In this document: piece by piece, positions 1 to 11,941 of the stretch
Numbering within the stretch: position 1 is the first letter of the stretch
Layout of the letters: every line of letters begins with the position of its first letter
Assembly: GCA_030390025.1 (NCBI GenBank)
Contig: CM059431.1
Coordinates: 151,840,001 to 151,904,000 of the forward strand
Direction of reading: 5' to 3'
DNA length: 64,000 nucleotides
DNA from: Squalus acanthias
Taxonomy: Eukaryota
Notes under the pieces: generated by a model
What the model saw: the letters and a program-made list of their open reading frames with translations, nothing else
Told to the model about the DNA's origin: nothing
Database searches by the model: none
Translations under genes and position numbers: made by a program

Positions 1-40
1 TACTGTGCTGTACTGTTCTATGTTCTATGTTTGTTCTATG
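1..40 (+). mobile_element. 3' microsatellite tail of a CR1 LINE entering from the left
   Basis: ctgtgctgtactgttctatgttctatgt is the reverse complement of the CR1 tail at about 54330-54352. Confidence 0.6.
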
Positions 41-44
41 TGTA

Positions 45-3010
45 ATAGTGTCTCTTCTGTCGCTTCCCTAGATTCCTTTAAAATGAACGAATGTAATCCG
101 TCTGATGCAGGGCATTTATCCTGTTTGAATTCGATTAGTTTATTTAATAGTTCTCCTTTTTAATTTTAAATGCAGTTATATCATTTCTAATCTCATTTTC
201 CGATGTCACGTCCAACTGACCGTCTCCCTGGTAAATACTGAGGTAAAGTAATTATATAATATTTCTGGAATTTCGCTATCGCTGCCTTTAATTTTATCCA
301 GACCGTTCCTTAATAGCCGTATTCCCATCCCAAATTTCCTTTTTATTTATGTGCGTAGAATATTTTATTAAGTTGTTTTATGTTTCTTGCTAATTTAATC
401 GCAAGTTCCCCTTTGCCTTCCTATTGTTTTTTTTGACTTTTCTATTATCTTCGTAATCTCCCTTGCCATGATCTCCCCTGTTGTCCATTTTCTCAGTGTA
501 TGCCTCTCCTTATCCTCATTTTTTCTCTCATGTCTTTATTCATCCATGGCGTCTCATTAGTGCTCAGTTTGTTCTTGAATTTTAGTGGAATATATTTTCC
601 TGGACCTGCTGAATAAATGTTTCCCATTGTTGTTCTACATCATTGCTTGCCAATATTGTTGTACATTTTATTTTCCAAGTTCTTTTCTCAGTCCCTCAAA
701 ATCGCATTTTCTCCAATCTATTACCCTGTTCGTCGTCATACTTATGTTCTTCTCAATTATTACCTGTTATCGTATTATATTATGGTCAATATTTCCAAGA
801 TGCTGCCCCACTTTTACTTCTCTTATCTGCTCTGTTTTATTCCCCATTACTCGATCCAGTAGCTAATTCTCCCTTTTCGACTTCTTACCTATTGGGTTCG
901 AGAGGAGTACTTTGCACATAGTAGGAACTCCATTCCCTTATCCCCTTTAGCTACGTCTTCTGCCCAATTAATTCGGGGCAATTTAATCTCCACATGTTTT
1001 TTTATTATTTTTAATAATTTCTCTCATTTGTTTCCAAATTTCTTCCTTCATCTCTTCTTCCACCATTAGTGGTCTGTAGACCTCCTCTAGGAGTGTGATT
1101 CATCCTTCATTATCTTTTATCTCTATCCACTTGAATTATATTTCTGTCTTACTGAGAGCTGCGTCATTTTTTCTACTGCCATTATGTTTTCTATAATAAG
1201 CACAGCTACTCCAGCTCCCCTTTCCCCTCTCTATCTTTTCTAAATATACCCTGCAATGTTTAATTCCCAGTCCTGATTTTTCTGTAACCAGGTCTAAGTA
1301 TTCCCTACAATATCTGGTTCCTCGCAACATATTAGTGCCTCCAGTTCCCCTGTTTTTTACGGACATAGTGCACATTGCAGTACAGAGAGTTTAGCTCATG
1401 TTTAATAGCAGTTCTTGTAACTTTATTTTTAATCATATTTTTACTCTCTAGTTCTATAACTCTATTTATTACCTAGCGCCTATGTCCTCCCTTAGTTCTT
1501 TCCTTCCTATGCTCTCAGTTCCTGTTTCGTTTATATTTAGCCTGGTTTCATTTCTTATCGATCCTTGTTACGAATGCTCCGTGCATTCAGAAAAACAGCC
1601 TTTAATTTTAACGTTTTACCCTTATTCCTTGCTTTCTCCTCATTCACTGATGCCCTATTACCGTTAAGCTCTCTGTCCTTTCCTGTCACACTCTGCTTAT
1701 CTTTACCCAAAGCGAAAAACTGCTCCATTGCCTTGACTTTTAGTTGGAAGGCCCATCAACAGTCCGTGTTATTCGATTCACCAGGATACAGGTCCCAGCC
1801 CGGTTTAAGTGGAGCCCCTCCTAATGGAACAGCTTACTCTTTTTCCAGAACTTGCGCCAGTGCCCATGAATCGAAACCTGTTCCTCCCAAACCATTCTTT
1901 CAGCAAATCCTTCAACTCTCAGTTGTGCTTATCCCTATGGTAATTTGCACGTGGATGAGGTTACAATCCAGAAATTATTATTTTGAGGTCCTGCATTTTA
2001 AATTGTATGCTCGCTCCTCAAACTCTCTCAGCAGAAACTCATTCCTAGTTCGACGTATGTCATTGGTTGCTACTTGGACCACGACCACTGAACCCTTCCC
2101 CTCCCCCTCCAAATGTTTCTCCAGCTGCGGGGCGATATCCTTAATCCTGAAAGGCAACAGAGCCTTCGGAACACCCGGTCGTGGCTGCAGAGAACAGTAT
2201 CTATCCCCCTGACTATACTGTCCCCATACCACAACTACATTCATTTTCACTCCCCCCACTGGAATGGCCTCCTATACCACGGTACCATGGTCAGTTTGCA
2301 CATCCATCCTGCAGACTTTGCCCTCATCCACACAGGCAGCAAGAACATCATACCTGCTGAATATGTATTAAGCCGAGGCTCCATCAGCACTGCCCCTTGG
2401 GTCCTCTTACCAGCCTGAGTCACAGTCACACCCTCCTGTCACTGAGCACTAATCTAAGGGGTGTGACTGCCTCCAGGATCAAAGTGTCCAGGTAACTCTC
2501 CCCCGCGCTGATGCCTCGCAATGTTTGCACCTCGGTCTCCTGTTGAACAACGCCGAGCTGAAGTTCTTGAGTTGCAGGCATTAACTGCAGACGTGGTCGT
2601 CAGCGATCGCGATGCTCGCCACAAACATTCCACTTGATGCTGTCAAGGCACACAACCTGCACTGCCATCACTATACAAACTCGTTTTAGTTATTTAATTA
2701 ATTAATGCTAATGCATTCAATTAACTGAGCTCATGCTTTATTTTTTAACGACTTACTACATCTTGTTAAAGTTATAGGTTGAACCCACTTTGGTAGCTTC
2801 GAGAGCAAAATAAGCTGCAATACACACCAACCAATCAACTACCTGCTGTCCGGTGTCGTCACTCCTTGATAATGTGTTGTTGTTTTTGAATTACCAGAAT
2901 AAATATGCCGCTGCTGCTCAGGTCTGCTCCGCCCCAGGACCTTTTCTCCCGCTGCATTTATGCCGCCGCTCCTCATGTTGCTCAGGTCCGCTTTCATGGT
3001 TCTGTCCTTT
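45..3010 (-). mobile_element. Degenerate CR1 LINE (5'UTR, ORF1 esterase, ORF2 endonuclease/linker; 3' part missing)
   Basis: Minus-strand remnants VVVVQVATNDI...LKCRTSK (ORF1 SGNH domain, 1978-2259) and endonuclease remnants near 1136-1400. The 5'UTR motif caccaaccaatca-cctgc is shared with the CR1 at about 59165-59190. Confidence 0.8.
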
Positions 3011-3981
3011 CTGGTACTGAGCAATTAGAGGAATGTACTTGATAGCTTGGCCACAAGAAACATCGGAACCATGCAGGGGGAGTATCTAATCAAATATCGA
3101 CAGAACCCCTAGCCCCCTCTCCCAGCTTTCTGTAGATAGCCAGAAAGGGTAGGAATGGATTGTATCGGATGCCTCCAGCTGCCTGATCTTGGGTTATCGC
3201 TGTGTGTGCTGAAGTGTGGTGTTGCTCGTTAATACGATACCAGCATGCGATGTGCATGATGAAGATGCCCTGAAGAATGGGTCTAAGACATGGTCAGTCA
3301 CTCTGAAGTCAGCACTACAAGAAATGGTTAACGTGGCTCTGGATAAAGTAATGTGTTAAGCAAATGGGTAGAGATCTGCAGAAGAGAATAGATCGAGATA
3401 GATATATGATGCTGATGAGATATAGTTTCAGTGTCGGCCTTAAGTAATCGAACGCCAACAGTGGGGTATTGTAAAGAAAGAGTTAATCATACTGTCCTAA
3501 AGTTTTCTAATATTAAGCTATATTGGTTGATCTTTCTTTGCGTTAATGTATAATATTTAGCTTTTGCCTGTTAAGCAGGGATGTACAAGTCTACTTAAAG
3601 TAACAGTGGACTGATGTGCCAGGTCCGTTCCTTCAGCACTGGTCAGTCTCATGAGGAAGCAATTCGAGATTTATGTAACACATGTCATTGCAAACTGGTT
3701 CATGCATTTCAGAGAACTTTAATCATTTGCTACAATGTGCGAAGACAGTTGTTTCCAGAACGGAAACATCGGGGCATGCATCATCATTTTAATTGGTACG
3801 AATGATCCAGAAATAAAAGTAGATTTATAATTAATGTTTTCACTCGGTACAATTGAAATGCTGTGTATCAAGAGTGAAACTATCGATAAGATAATGACTC
3901 GAATGGAATTACGCTTGTAAACACACCAGAAAAAGTGATTGTTTAGAAAGGAAAACTATCCTTATTGATCAACGATAGGTC

Positions 3982-4827
3982 GAGGGCGCTAATGGGGTGC
4001 AAAACAACTCGATACCGGGCTCGCCGTTTTTTTTTTGCGCCGCTCGCGATATTGACCAGACATTTTGCGGCGCTAAACACTACCACCACGATCTACTGCG
4101 CCCACAGATCGTGACGTCAGTCGATCGTGCAAGGCCCCGGTGGTGCCCGGACCGGAGATTGAGTGGTGGCCCCTTCCTTACCTCCTGCCGCTAGATGCGA
4201 CATGTTGAGGGGTGCTTTCTGCAGCCGGGAAGGGACAGGGGAACGCTATTTAAAGCTGATCGCTTCCTGCCTTTTTTTTATCTGTGACATTTTTGCACCA
4301 CGCATTCTGAGAGAGAGGGAGAGACGTCTACAGAGATTCAACGCGGTGTGAAGGAGTTTTGGGTCCTGAGCAGCACTTTGCAGGTTTATTTTGATTTGAC
4401 CATTCTTGTATCGATTTAGAAGAGACTTTGTGGGCTGCACTCTGAGCTCTTTCCCTGGGTCTCTCCATTGTTTTTTCCAGCATATTTGATGTGCAAGTCT
4501 CTCCAGGGCGAGATTCAAGGCTGCAATGAGCAGGGGTGGATGGAGAGCAAGGTCGACCCTACCCTTTAAGAAGTGGCCGGTGCCAGTGTGTCTGTGTTCC
4601 ATTGCTGACTGACATCACATGAGCTTCGCCAGCGCTCTGAGGTGGTGCCTCACTCCACGGCGGTCGCGCCTTAAGAGATGTGTGTAGCGCCTGATTTCGC
4701 ACTCAAATCACCTCCAGGGACGATAGAAGCCAAGTTTGCTGTCGGAGGCGATAATTAGCACCAGGTGCTAAAGTTTGCCTCTGGCCGATAATTGCGCCTC
4801 AAACGGGGCGTTAACGAATTTCTCCCC
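3982..4827 (-). mobile_element. Non-autonomous PIF/Harbinger derivative, one terminus truncated
   Basis: Ends in AATTTCTCCCC (TIR GGGGAGAAATT, compare GGGGTAGAAATT at 12641). Both halves resemble the reverse complement of the subterminal regions of the 12641-17013 element. No ORFs. Confidence 0.75.
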
Positions 4828-4829
4828 AT

Positions 4830-5895
4830 TGTATATTTATAGCACCATTAATGTAGTAAAACGTCACAAACTGCTTCACAGGATTATTATAAGACAAAAA
4901 TTTGACACTGAGCCACATAAGAAAAAATTAGTGCAGGTGACCAAAAGCTTGCTCAAAGTGATCGGCCTCAAGGAGCATCATAAAGTAAGAAGGAGCGTTA
5001 AAGATGCGGAAAGGTTTAGGGAGCGAGTGCCAGAGCACAGGGCCTAGGCAGCTGAAGGGACAGACACCAATGCTTGAGCGATTATAATCAGGGATTCTCA
5101 AGTGGGTAGAATTGGAGGAGCACAGATACGTTGGGGGTTTGTGGGCTGAAGGAGATTACAGAGATAGGAAGGGCTGGGACCCCGGCGGGATTTGAAAACA
5201 AGGATGAATATTTTGAAATAAGGCAGTGCTTAACCGGGAGACAATACAGATCCGCGAGCAGAGGGGTGATGGGTGAACGGGACTTGGTGCGAGTTAGGAC
5301 ACATGCAGCAGTGTTTCGGATGACCTCAAGTTTACATAAAGTAGAATGTGGGAGGCCAGCCAGGAGTGCTTTGGAATAGTCAAGTCTAGAGGTAACTAAG
5401 GCATGGATGAAGGTTTCAGCTGCGGAGGAGCTGAGTCAGCAGTGGAGATGGGCAATGTTATGGAGGTGTTAGTAGGCGGTTTTATGCCGTTGATATGTGG
5501 TTGCAAGCTCATTCAGGGTCAAATATGGCACTATGTTTGGAAGCTGTCCTCAGCCTCAATCATGTACTTGGGAGAGGGATGGAGTCGGTGAATATGGAAC
5601 GGAGTTTGTGGAGGGGACTAAACAATTGCTTCGGTCTTCCCAATATTTAATTGGAGAAAATGTCTGCTCATCCAGTACTTGATGTCGGACACACAGTTTG
5701 ACAATTTAAAGATGGATGGAGGGCTCGAGAGCAGTGGTGATGAGGTAGAGCTGGGTGTCGTCAGCGTACGTGTGGAAACTGACGCCGTGTTTTTGGATCG
5801 TGTCGCCAAGGGGCAGCATATAGTTGAGAAATAGGAGGGGATCCAGGATAGATCTTGGGGGTCCTTAGAGGTAATGATGCGGCAGTGGGAAGAGG
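4830..5895 (-). mobile_element. L2 LINE 3' fragment
   Basis: Minus-strand LSNCVSDIKYWMSRHFLQLNIGKTEAIV (L2 ORF2 C-terminal motif) and an L2-type 3' end at 4830-4885. Confidence 0.8.
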
Positions 5896-6624
5896 GAATT
5901 TCGCTTCCATGCCCAACAGCCAAAGAGATTGTTATGCAAGGAAAACTACCCTTATTGATAAAGGATATGTCGATGAAAGTCTCCATATATGAAGTTACGT
6001 TTTAACTATCATATATTTAAATGATGTAACATTGTGTGGATGGTCACAGAGGGGGAGTGAGACAATTGTAATGCAACTGACTGTTTGTACTGAGTATTCT
6101 GATTCTAAAAAGCTTAAGATACTGAGCTGAGAACTGTGAGACGTTTCAATCGCCCTTCAACCATCATCAGGTGTGGCTGCAATTTGCACCTTTTAACCAT
6201 ATGTTTAAGTACTATTGCGTGTACCGTGTGCTCAATAAACCTGTGACACCTCACTTCAATTTTCAAGAACGTTATTGAAAACGTTACTCTAACAACAGCC
6301 TGAGTACTTTAATAGTCCGTGGGGTTCATCTATTATTTGTGATTTAGTGCCCTTTAACCGTCACTCGTTCACGTTAACTTTATGCTGACGTTCTCAAAAA
6401 AAACTCCACTAAGTTTCAGGTCCCCGGAGCCCCGGCTCTGCCAATCCGGCTCGCATCCATCTTCTGGGGGAAGTGGTGATGAGTTGCTGGTAGGACTGAG
6501 CAGTAGGCTGATTCTCATTTAAGTAATTTTAGACGACGAACACTATTTATGCCAAGAGTCAGGCAGCAGTTTGGGATTTCCTCACCACCCCCTGTATCTC
6601 TTGCCCAAAACCTAAAATCTGTGT

Positions 6625-6780
6625 AGAACCATAGGAAAATAGGAGCAGGAGTAGGCCATTCGGCCCTTCGAGCCTGCTCCGCCATTCAATATAATCATGG
6701 CTGATCCTCTATCTCAGTACCATATTCCCGCTCTCTCCCCATACCCCTTGATGCCTTTTGCTTTTGGAAATCTATGTATC
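6625..6780 (-). mobile_element. CR1 3'-end fragment
   Basis: aggagcaggagtaggccattcggcccttcgagcctgctccgccattc matches the CR1 3'UTRs at about 23600 and 46520. Confidence 0.85.
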
Positions 6781-6789
6781 AAAAGGTAA

Positions 6790-6903
6790 TGTCAGAAGTG
6801 GGTTTCGCCTCCTAGAAAGGGACCAGAATTCACCAGCTTTTGGTGAATTAAGAATTAACATGTTTTATGAGTCTGGCGCCTTAGACCATTCAGCCATCCT
6901 GAC
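6790..6903 (-). pseudogene. tRNA-Leu(CAA)-derived pseudogene with intron; anticodon now CAT, T-arm partly deleted
   Basis: Minus strand reads GTCAGGATGGCTGAATGGTCTAAGGCGCCAGACTCATA-[intron]-TTCTGGTCCC...CGAAACCCACTTCTGACA. This is the vertebrate intron-containing Leu-CAA body, lacking GTGGGTT. Confidence 0.85.
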
Positions 6904-7109
6904 AACTGTGCAACTGTGTCCCCTACTCGTTGTACCAACAACTAGTGGGAAAAGCCTTTCCCCGGCTAGCCTATCCAAAGTGCGAGAAATATTTCTTGAT
7001 ACCTGTTCATTTTCACAAGAACTATCGGTTTTTGTCCCAAAAGGAAAGCGGCAATTCTCAAACGGAACACCGGCTGTAATTGAGCTCGAATTAGGACAGG
7101 ATGATATAG

Positions 7110-8014
7110 TTTAATTCTTCATTTAATTAACCAATATCAAAGTCAATGTCCATGGAGATTTCACCACCTTCTTCAGCTCTTCCCTGAGTTCGGTTCGGGG
7201 TCGCTGCATAAATGCACGTGTTTGGACAGGAACTCAAATACATGAGCATATATCCGCTTTCAGCCAGGATTTATTCAGGGGCTTCATAATCATCCTTGTC
7301 GTAAAAGATCAGGTTGTCCGTGAAAATACTCACGGTAGCTGTCATCCACAACAGTAAAAAGCTGCCCAATACAGTGAGGAGTAAAATGATGGATTTTCTC
7401 CGGCCCTCCTCTCTGGATCGTTCGGATTTTCACTGCTGTTGCCCCGGAGATCTCTGCGGCCCCTACTGCTACTACAATACGTCTGACTGTTAAAAAAATA
7501 AACATTCATAACAAAGCAAAAGTCAGACATGGAACTAAAATACTTTGCAGTCGGAAGAGCGATACACATCCAGACGATGAAAAAAAGGCTTCATTGGAGC
7601 GGCATCCCCAGGAAACATTGTTAATGATTCGTTGAGATTCATGGGAGAAGCGAAAGGGGATATTTTCTATACAGAACAGCACAGTGGCAGTTATTAAACC
7701 TGCTGCGATAGTTCACACTGTGCAATATTTTATTTTAAACTTCTGACAACATATCGCTAGAAATCGGTCAAAATTGAACGAGTCTGCAAACCACACCGAC
7801 ATATCCATCGTGACAGCATTGATGTAATGAATGAACTTACACACGGCAGTGTAGGACAGGACTGAATGCGGAATGTGGTAACAGAAAATCAGAAGCACCA
7901 GTAAATGGGAGATGATGACCTAAGATCTGCTGCTGCCATGGCCACCATGAAGACCGATATACAGTTGGAAAGGCCGCAATTTTCGCTGGAGAGAATCAGG
8001 ATTGTCAGTAGGTT
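7110..8014 (-). pseudogene. GPR139-like GPCR pseudogene (copy 1), exon 2
   Basis: Fragments NLLTILILSSENCGLSNCISVFMVAMAAADL, FNFDRFLAICCQKFKIKYCTV and FLTVRRIVVA lie in different frames. Colinear with the intact paralogs; multiple frameshifts. Confidence 0.9.
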
Positions 8015-8853
8015 CTGCGAAAGGAAGAGGGAGAAGAGGCCAGTAACGGTGATACTCAGATAAATCTCACAGGATATTGTTGGGGAATGCTCAGATGTGT
8101 CCCTACTTAGCGTTACGTGCACTGATTTGTTTTAGTATATAGGCGAACGTTGAGGAGATTTGATTTAAAATAAAAGAAACATTGAATATTCAATATGGAG
8201 GGTCTCTAATTCCGACTCCCTTCCAGCACACTTCAGACAGCGGTTAAATATAATGTCGCTGCAATTGCGGGAAAGATATGGCTTCAATAAAACATTCAGC
8301 TGAGAAAAAAATATTTCCTACATGTAGAAAACTCTGCGCTTTTTCTATTTACGATCGCCCAGCGGGGAGCTGCTCGGTAACAGAGCGGGAGCTGGTGTAG
8401 CCGCGAAGGTTTTTTGCGGCCGAGCGGAGTGGAGCAACTCCCTGAGCGGCAATTGTTGCTCATAATATCTTTCTAAATCCCCTGTCGGGGGAAGGTTCCT
8501 GCAATCCGAGCAAATACCAACTTATAATAAACAGGGAACAAAGGTACACATGAGATTGTAACCAGGCACACTAGGCAGACATTCTCTAGTGATCCATATA
8601 GTGTTGCATGGGCCGCGGAATTAGGCCTCGCACTCCCTCAGTACAGAGAGGAAACTTGAGCGCCCGGTGCCCACGATCTACCGGACAGAATAGCGCTTCA
8701 CCGGCCGCGCGGACTGGTAGGATTCCCACAGATATTTATCAAATTATCCCGGTGGATAAATGACTCTGCAACGGGGACCTTCATGGAATCTGTTACAAAT
8801 CATTAGCAGTGAGACACTCAATAACTATTAAACAACAGGATACATTGACTTAC

Positions 8854-8923
8854 TGAGAAAACCAAAGGCTGCAAGAACATGATAGTATATGTCCTTTATC
8901 TGAAGAATTATTGGCCGTCCCAT
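8854..8923 (-). pseudogene. GPR139-like GPCR pseudogene (copy 1), exon 1
   Basis: 70 nt encoding MGRPIILQIKDIYYHVLAAFGFL, followed by a GTAAGT donor. Confidence 0.85.
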
Positions 8924-8944
8924 TTTTAGAAGATTTTGTGAATT

Positions 8945-11495
8945 GGCCATCATTTATATTAGAGTAGGGTCGCCATCGTTTATATTAGAGTAGGGTCACC
9001 ACCAGTAATTTTAGAGTAGGTATATTTCCAGTAAATTTAGCCTAGGTTTACCACTTGTAATGTCAGAGACGGGTCCCCACCAGTAATGTTTGAGCCGGTT
9101 AACTACCAGCAATGTTACCGTAGGGTCACCGCCAGTAATGTTAGATTAGGTCACCACCAGTAATGTTTGAGAAGGTTCACCTCCAGTAATGTTAGTGTCG
9201 GGTCACCACCAGTAATGTTATAGTAAGGTTACCGCCAGTAATGATAGATTAGGGTCACCACCAGTAATGTTAGATTAGGTCAGCACCAGTAATGTTAGAG
9301 AAGGTTCACCACCACTAATTTCAGGGTAGATTCACCACCAGTAATGCTCGAGTAGGTTCGTCCCCAGTAATGTTAGCCTTGGGACATCAACACTAATGTT
9401 AGTGTAGCGTCACTACCAGTGCCGTTCGAATAGCGTCACCACGAGTAATGTTATACTCGGTTCACCACCAATAAGGTTAGAGTAGATGTAACACCAGTAA
9501 TGTTATTATAGGATCATCAGCAGTGATGTTGGAGTAGACTCACCATCATTAATGTTAGAGTAGGGTCACCAGCAGTAATGTAAAAGAAGGTTCACTGCGA
9601 GTAATGTTAGTAGGGTTACCACCAGTAATGTTAGATTAGAATCACCACGAGTAATGTTAGAATAGGGTCACCACCAGTAATGTTAGAGTAGGGTCGCCAC
9701 CAGGAATGATAGAGTCGGGCCACAACTATTAATGTGAGACTAGGTCCTCCACCAGTAATGTTAGTGTTGGTTCGCCAGCGTTAATGATAGTCAAGGTTCA
9801 CCACCATTAATGTTAGAATATAGTCTACACCAGTAATGTTAAATTAGCATCCCCGACAGTAATATTATATATGTGTCACCACCAATAATGTCAGCGTTGG
9901 TTCACCACCAGTAATGTTAGAGTTGGAACACCAGCACTAATGTCAGAGTAGGTTCACCACCAATAATGTTAGACAAGGTTTAACACCAGTAATGTAAGAG
10001 TCGGGTCAATACCAGTAATGTTAAAGTAGGGTTATCACCGGTAAGGTTAGAGTAGGGTCATCAGCATTAATGTTAGAGAAGGTTCATCACCAGTAAAATA
10101 TAAGTAGGATCACCACCAGTAATGTTAAAGTATTGCCATTACCAGTAATGGTAATGCAGATTCCCCGTCAGTAATGTTGGAGTAAAGTCATCACCAGTGA
10201 TGTTAAAATAGACTCACCACAAGTAATGCTAAAGTAGGGTTACCGCCGGTAATGGTCGAGTCAGGTCCACAGCAGTAATGTTCGAGAAGAGTCACCACAA
10301 TTAATGTTAGTGTAGGGTCACCACCAGTAATTTTAGAGTAGGGTTACCACCAGTAATGTAGAGTAGGGTCAACACCAATAATGTTAAATTAATGTCACCA
10401 CCAGTAATGTTAAAGTATGATCACCGCCAGTAATATTACTGTAGAGTCAGCAGCAGTAATGTTAGGCTAGCGTTACCACCACTAATGTTAGAGTAGGGTC
10501 ACCACCAGTAATATTAAATTAAGGCATCCTCCAGTAATGTCAGAGTAGAGTCAACAACACTAATGTTGGATTCAGGTCACCGCCACTAATGTTACAGTAA
10601 GCTAACAACCAATATTTTTAGATTAGGTTCACCACCAGTAATATTAAAGTAGGGCATCCTCCAGTAATGTTAGAGTAGGGTCACAACCACTAATGTTAGA
10701 GTCGGGTCGCTACCACTAATGTTACAGTGGGCTCGCAACCAGTAATTTTAGAGTACGGTCACTACCAGTAATGCTAGATTACGATCACCACCAGTAATGT
10801 TAGAACAGCTTCACCAACATTAATGTTAAAGTAGATTCACCACCATTAATGTTAGAGCAGATTCACCACAAGTAATGTTAGAATAGGGTCAGCACCAGAG
10901 ATACCAGTTTAGAGTCACCACGAGTAATGTTAGAGTAGGGTCACCACCAGTAATGTTAGAGTAGAGTTACTAGCAGTAATGTTAGTGTATAGTCCACAGC
11001 AGTAATGTTAGAGTAGGGTCAACACCAGTAATGCTAAAGTAGCGTCACCACCAGTAATGCTAGAGTAGAGTCACCACCAGAAATGTTAGAGTAGGGTCAC
11101 CAGCATTAATGTTAGAGCAGATAAACCAGAAGTAATGATAGCGTAGCGTCAGCAACAGAGATAGTAGTTCAGAGTCACCACCAGTAATTTTAGAGTAGGG
11201 GCACCACCAGTAATGTTAGAGCAGATTCACCTCAAGTAATGTTGAATTAGATTCACGGCTACTAACGGTTGAGGTGGGACACCAGCAGTAATGTTAGAGA
11301 AGAGTCACCACCAGTAATATTATAGTAGGGTGACCACCAGTAATGTCACAGTAGAGTCACCGCCTGTATTGGTAGAGTAGAGTCACCATCAGTAATGTTA
11401 GAGTCGACCCCCCGCAGTAATATTAGAGAAGGGTCGCCACCAGTATTTTTACGACCATTTCACCAACAGCAGTGTTAGCGCCGTTTCATCACCAC
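8945..11495 (+). repeat. 26-bp minisatellite array, roughly 95-100 diverged copies
   Basis: Consensus CCACCAGTAATGTTAGAGTAGGGTCA repeated head-to-tail with no unique spacers. Confidence 0.95.
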
Positions 11496-11871
11496 AATGT
11501 AAAACCAATTTTAGATATGTAATGGATGAGAGAAGATTTCACCCGATTATTATGAGGCCCCAAGAACCTAACGCCTTGACCGGGAGTGGTGTTCCCTTCA
11601 GAAATCACATCTCTGCCGCAAAGCTTACTTTCCGATCATTAATTTTAATGGGCGGATTTTCATGTACTGAGGGACACAATTTCCCCATTGGCATCCCCGG
11701 TGCACTGTAGCGGAAAATTGTTTGTTACGTGATTGTAAGAAACGTCAGTTATTGTGGATCCTGGTTTTCTCATGGGGCACGAGTGCTCTATAAAGTGGTA
11801 GCATTTACGGATCTCAGATACATTCCAGTCAGAAACGTAAGCCGGACAGAATTCACACAATATTCTATAAA
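11496..11871 (+). promoter_or_regulatory. Putative promoter/5'UTR of GPCR copy 2 (TATAAA at 11789-11794)
   Basis: TATA box about 80 bp upstream of the ATG. The region is alignable with the reverse complement of 51943-52355 upstream of copy 3. Confidence 0.6.
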
Positions 11872-11941
11872 ATGGCACGGCCAATAATTCTACAGATAAA
11901 GGAAATTTACTATCCTGTTCTCGCAGCATTTGGTATTCCCG
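11872..11941 (+). CDS. GPR139-like class A GPCR (copy 2), exon 1
   Basis: 70 nt encoding MARPIILQIKEIYYPVLAAFGIP plus G, then GTAAGT. The phase-1 donor matches the acceptor at 17122. Confidence 0.88.

Noticed and set aside
8945..11495. CRISPR-like appearance of the 26-bp array
   Set aside because: Units are contiguous with no unique spacers, there are no cas genes, and the context is eukaryotic.
11765..11782. Olf/EBF (O/E) site in the GPCR promoters
   Set aside because: TCTCATGGGG is only a partial match and the spacing differs in copy 3.
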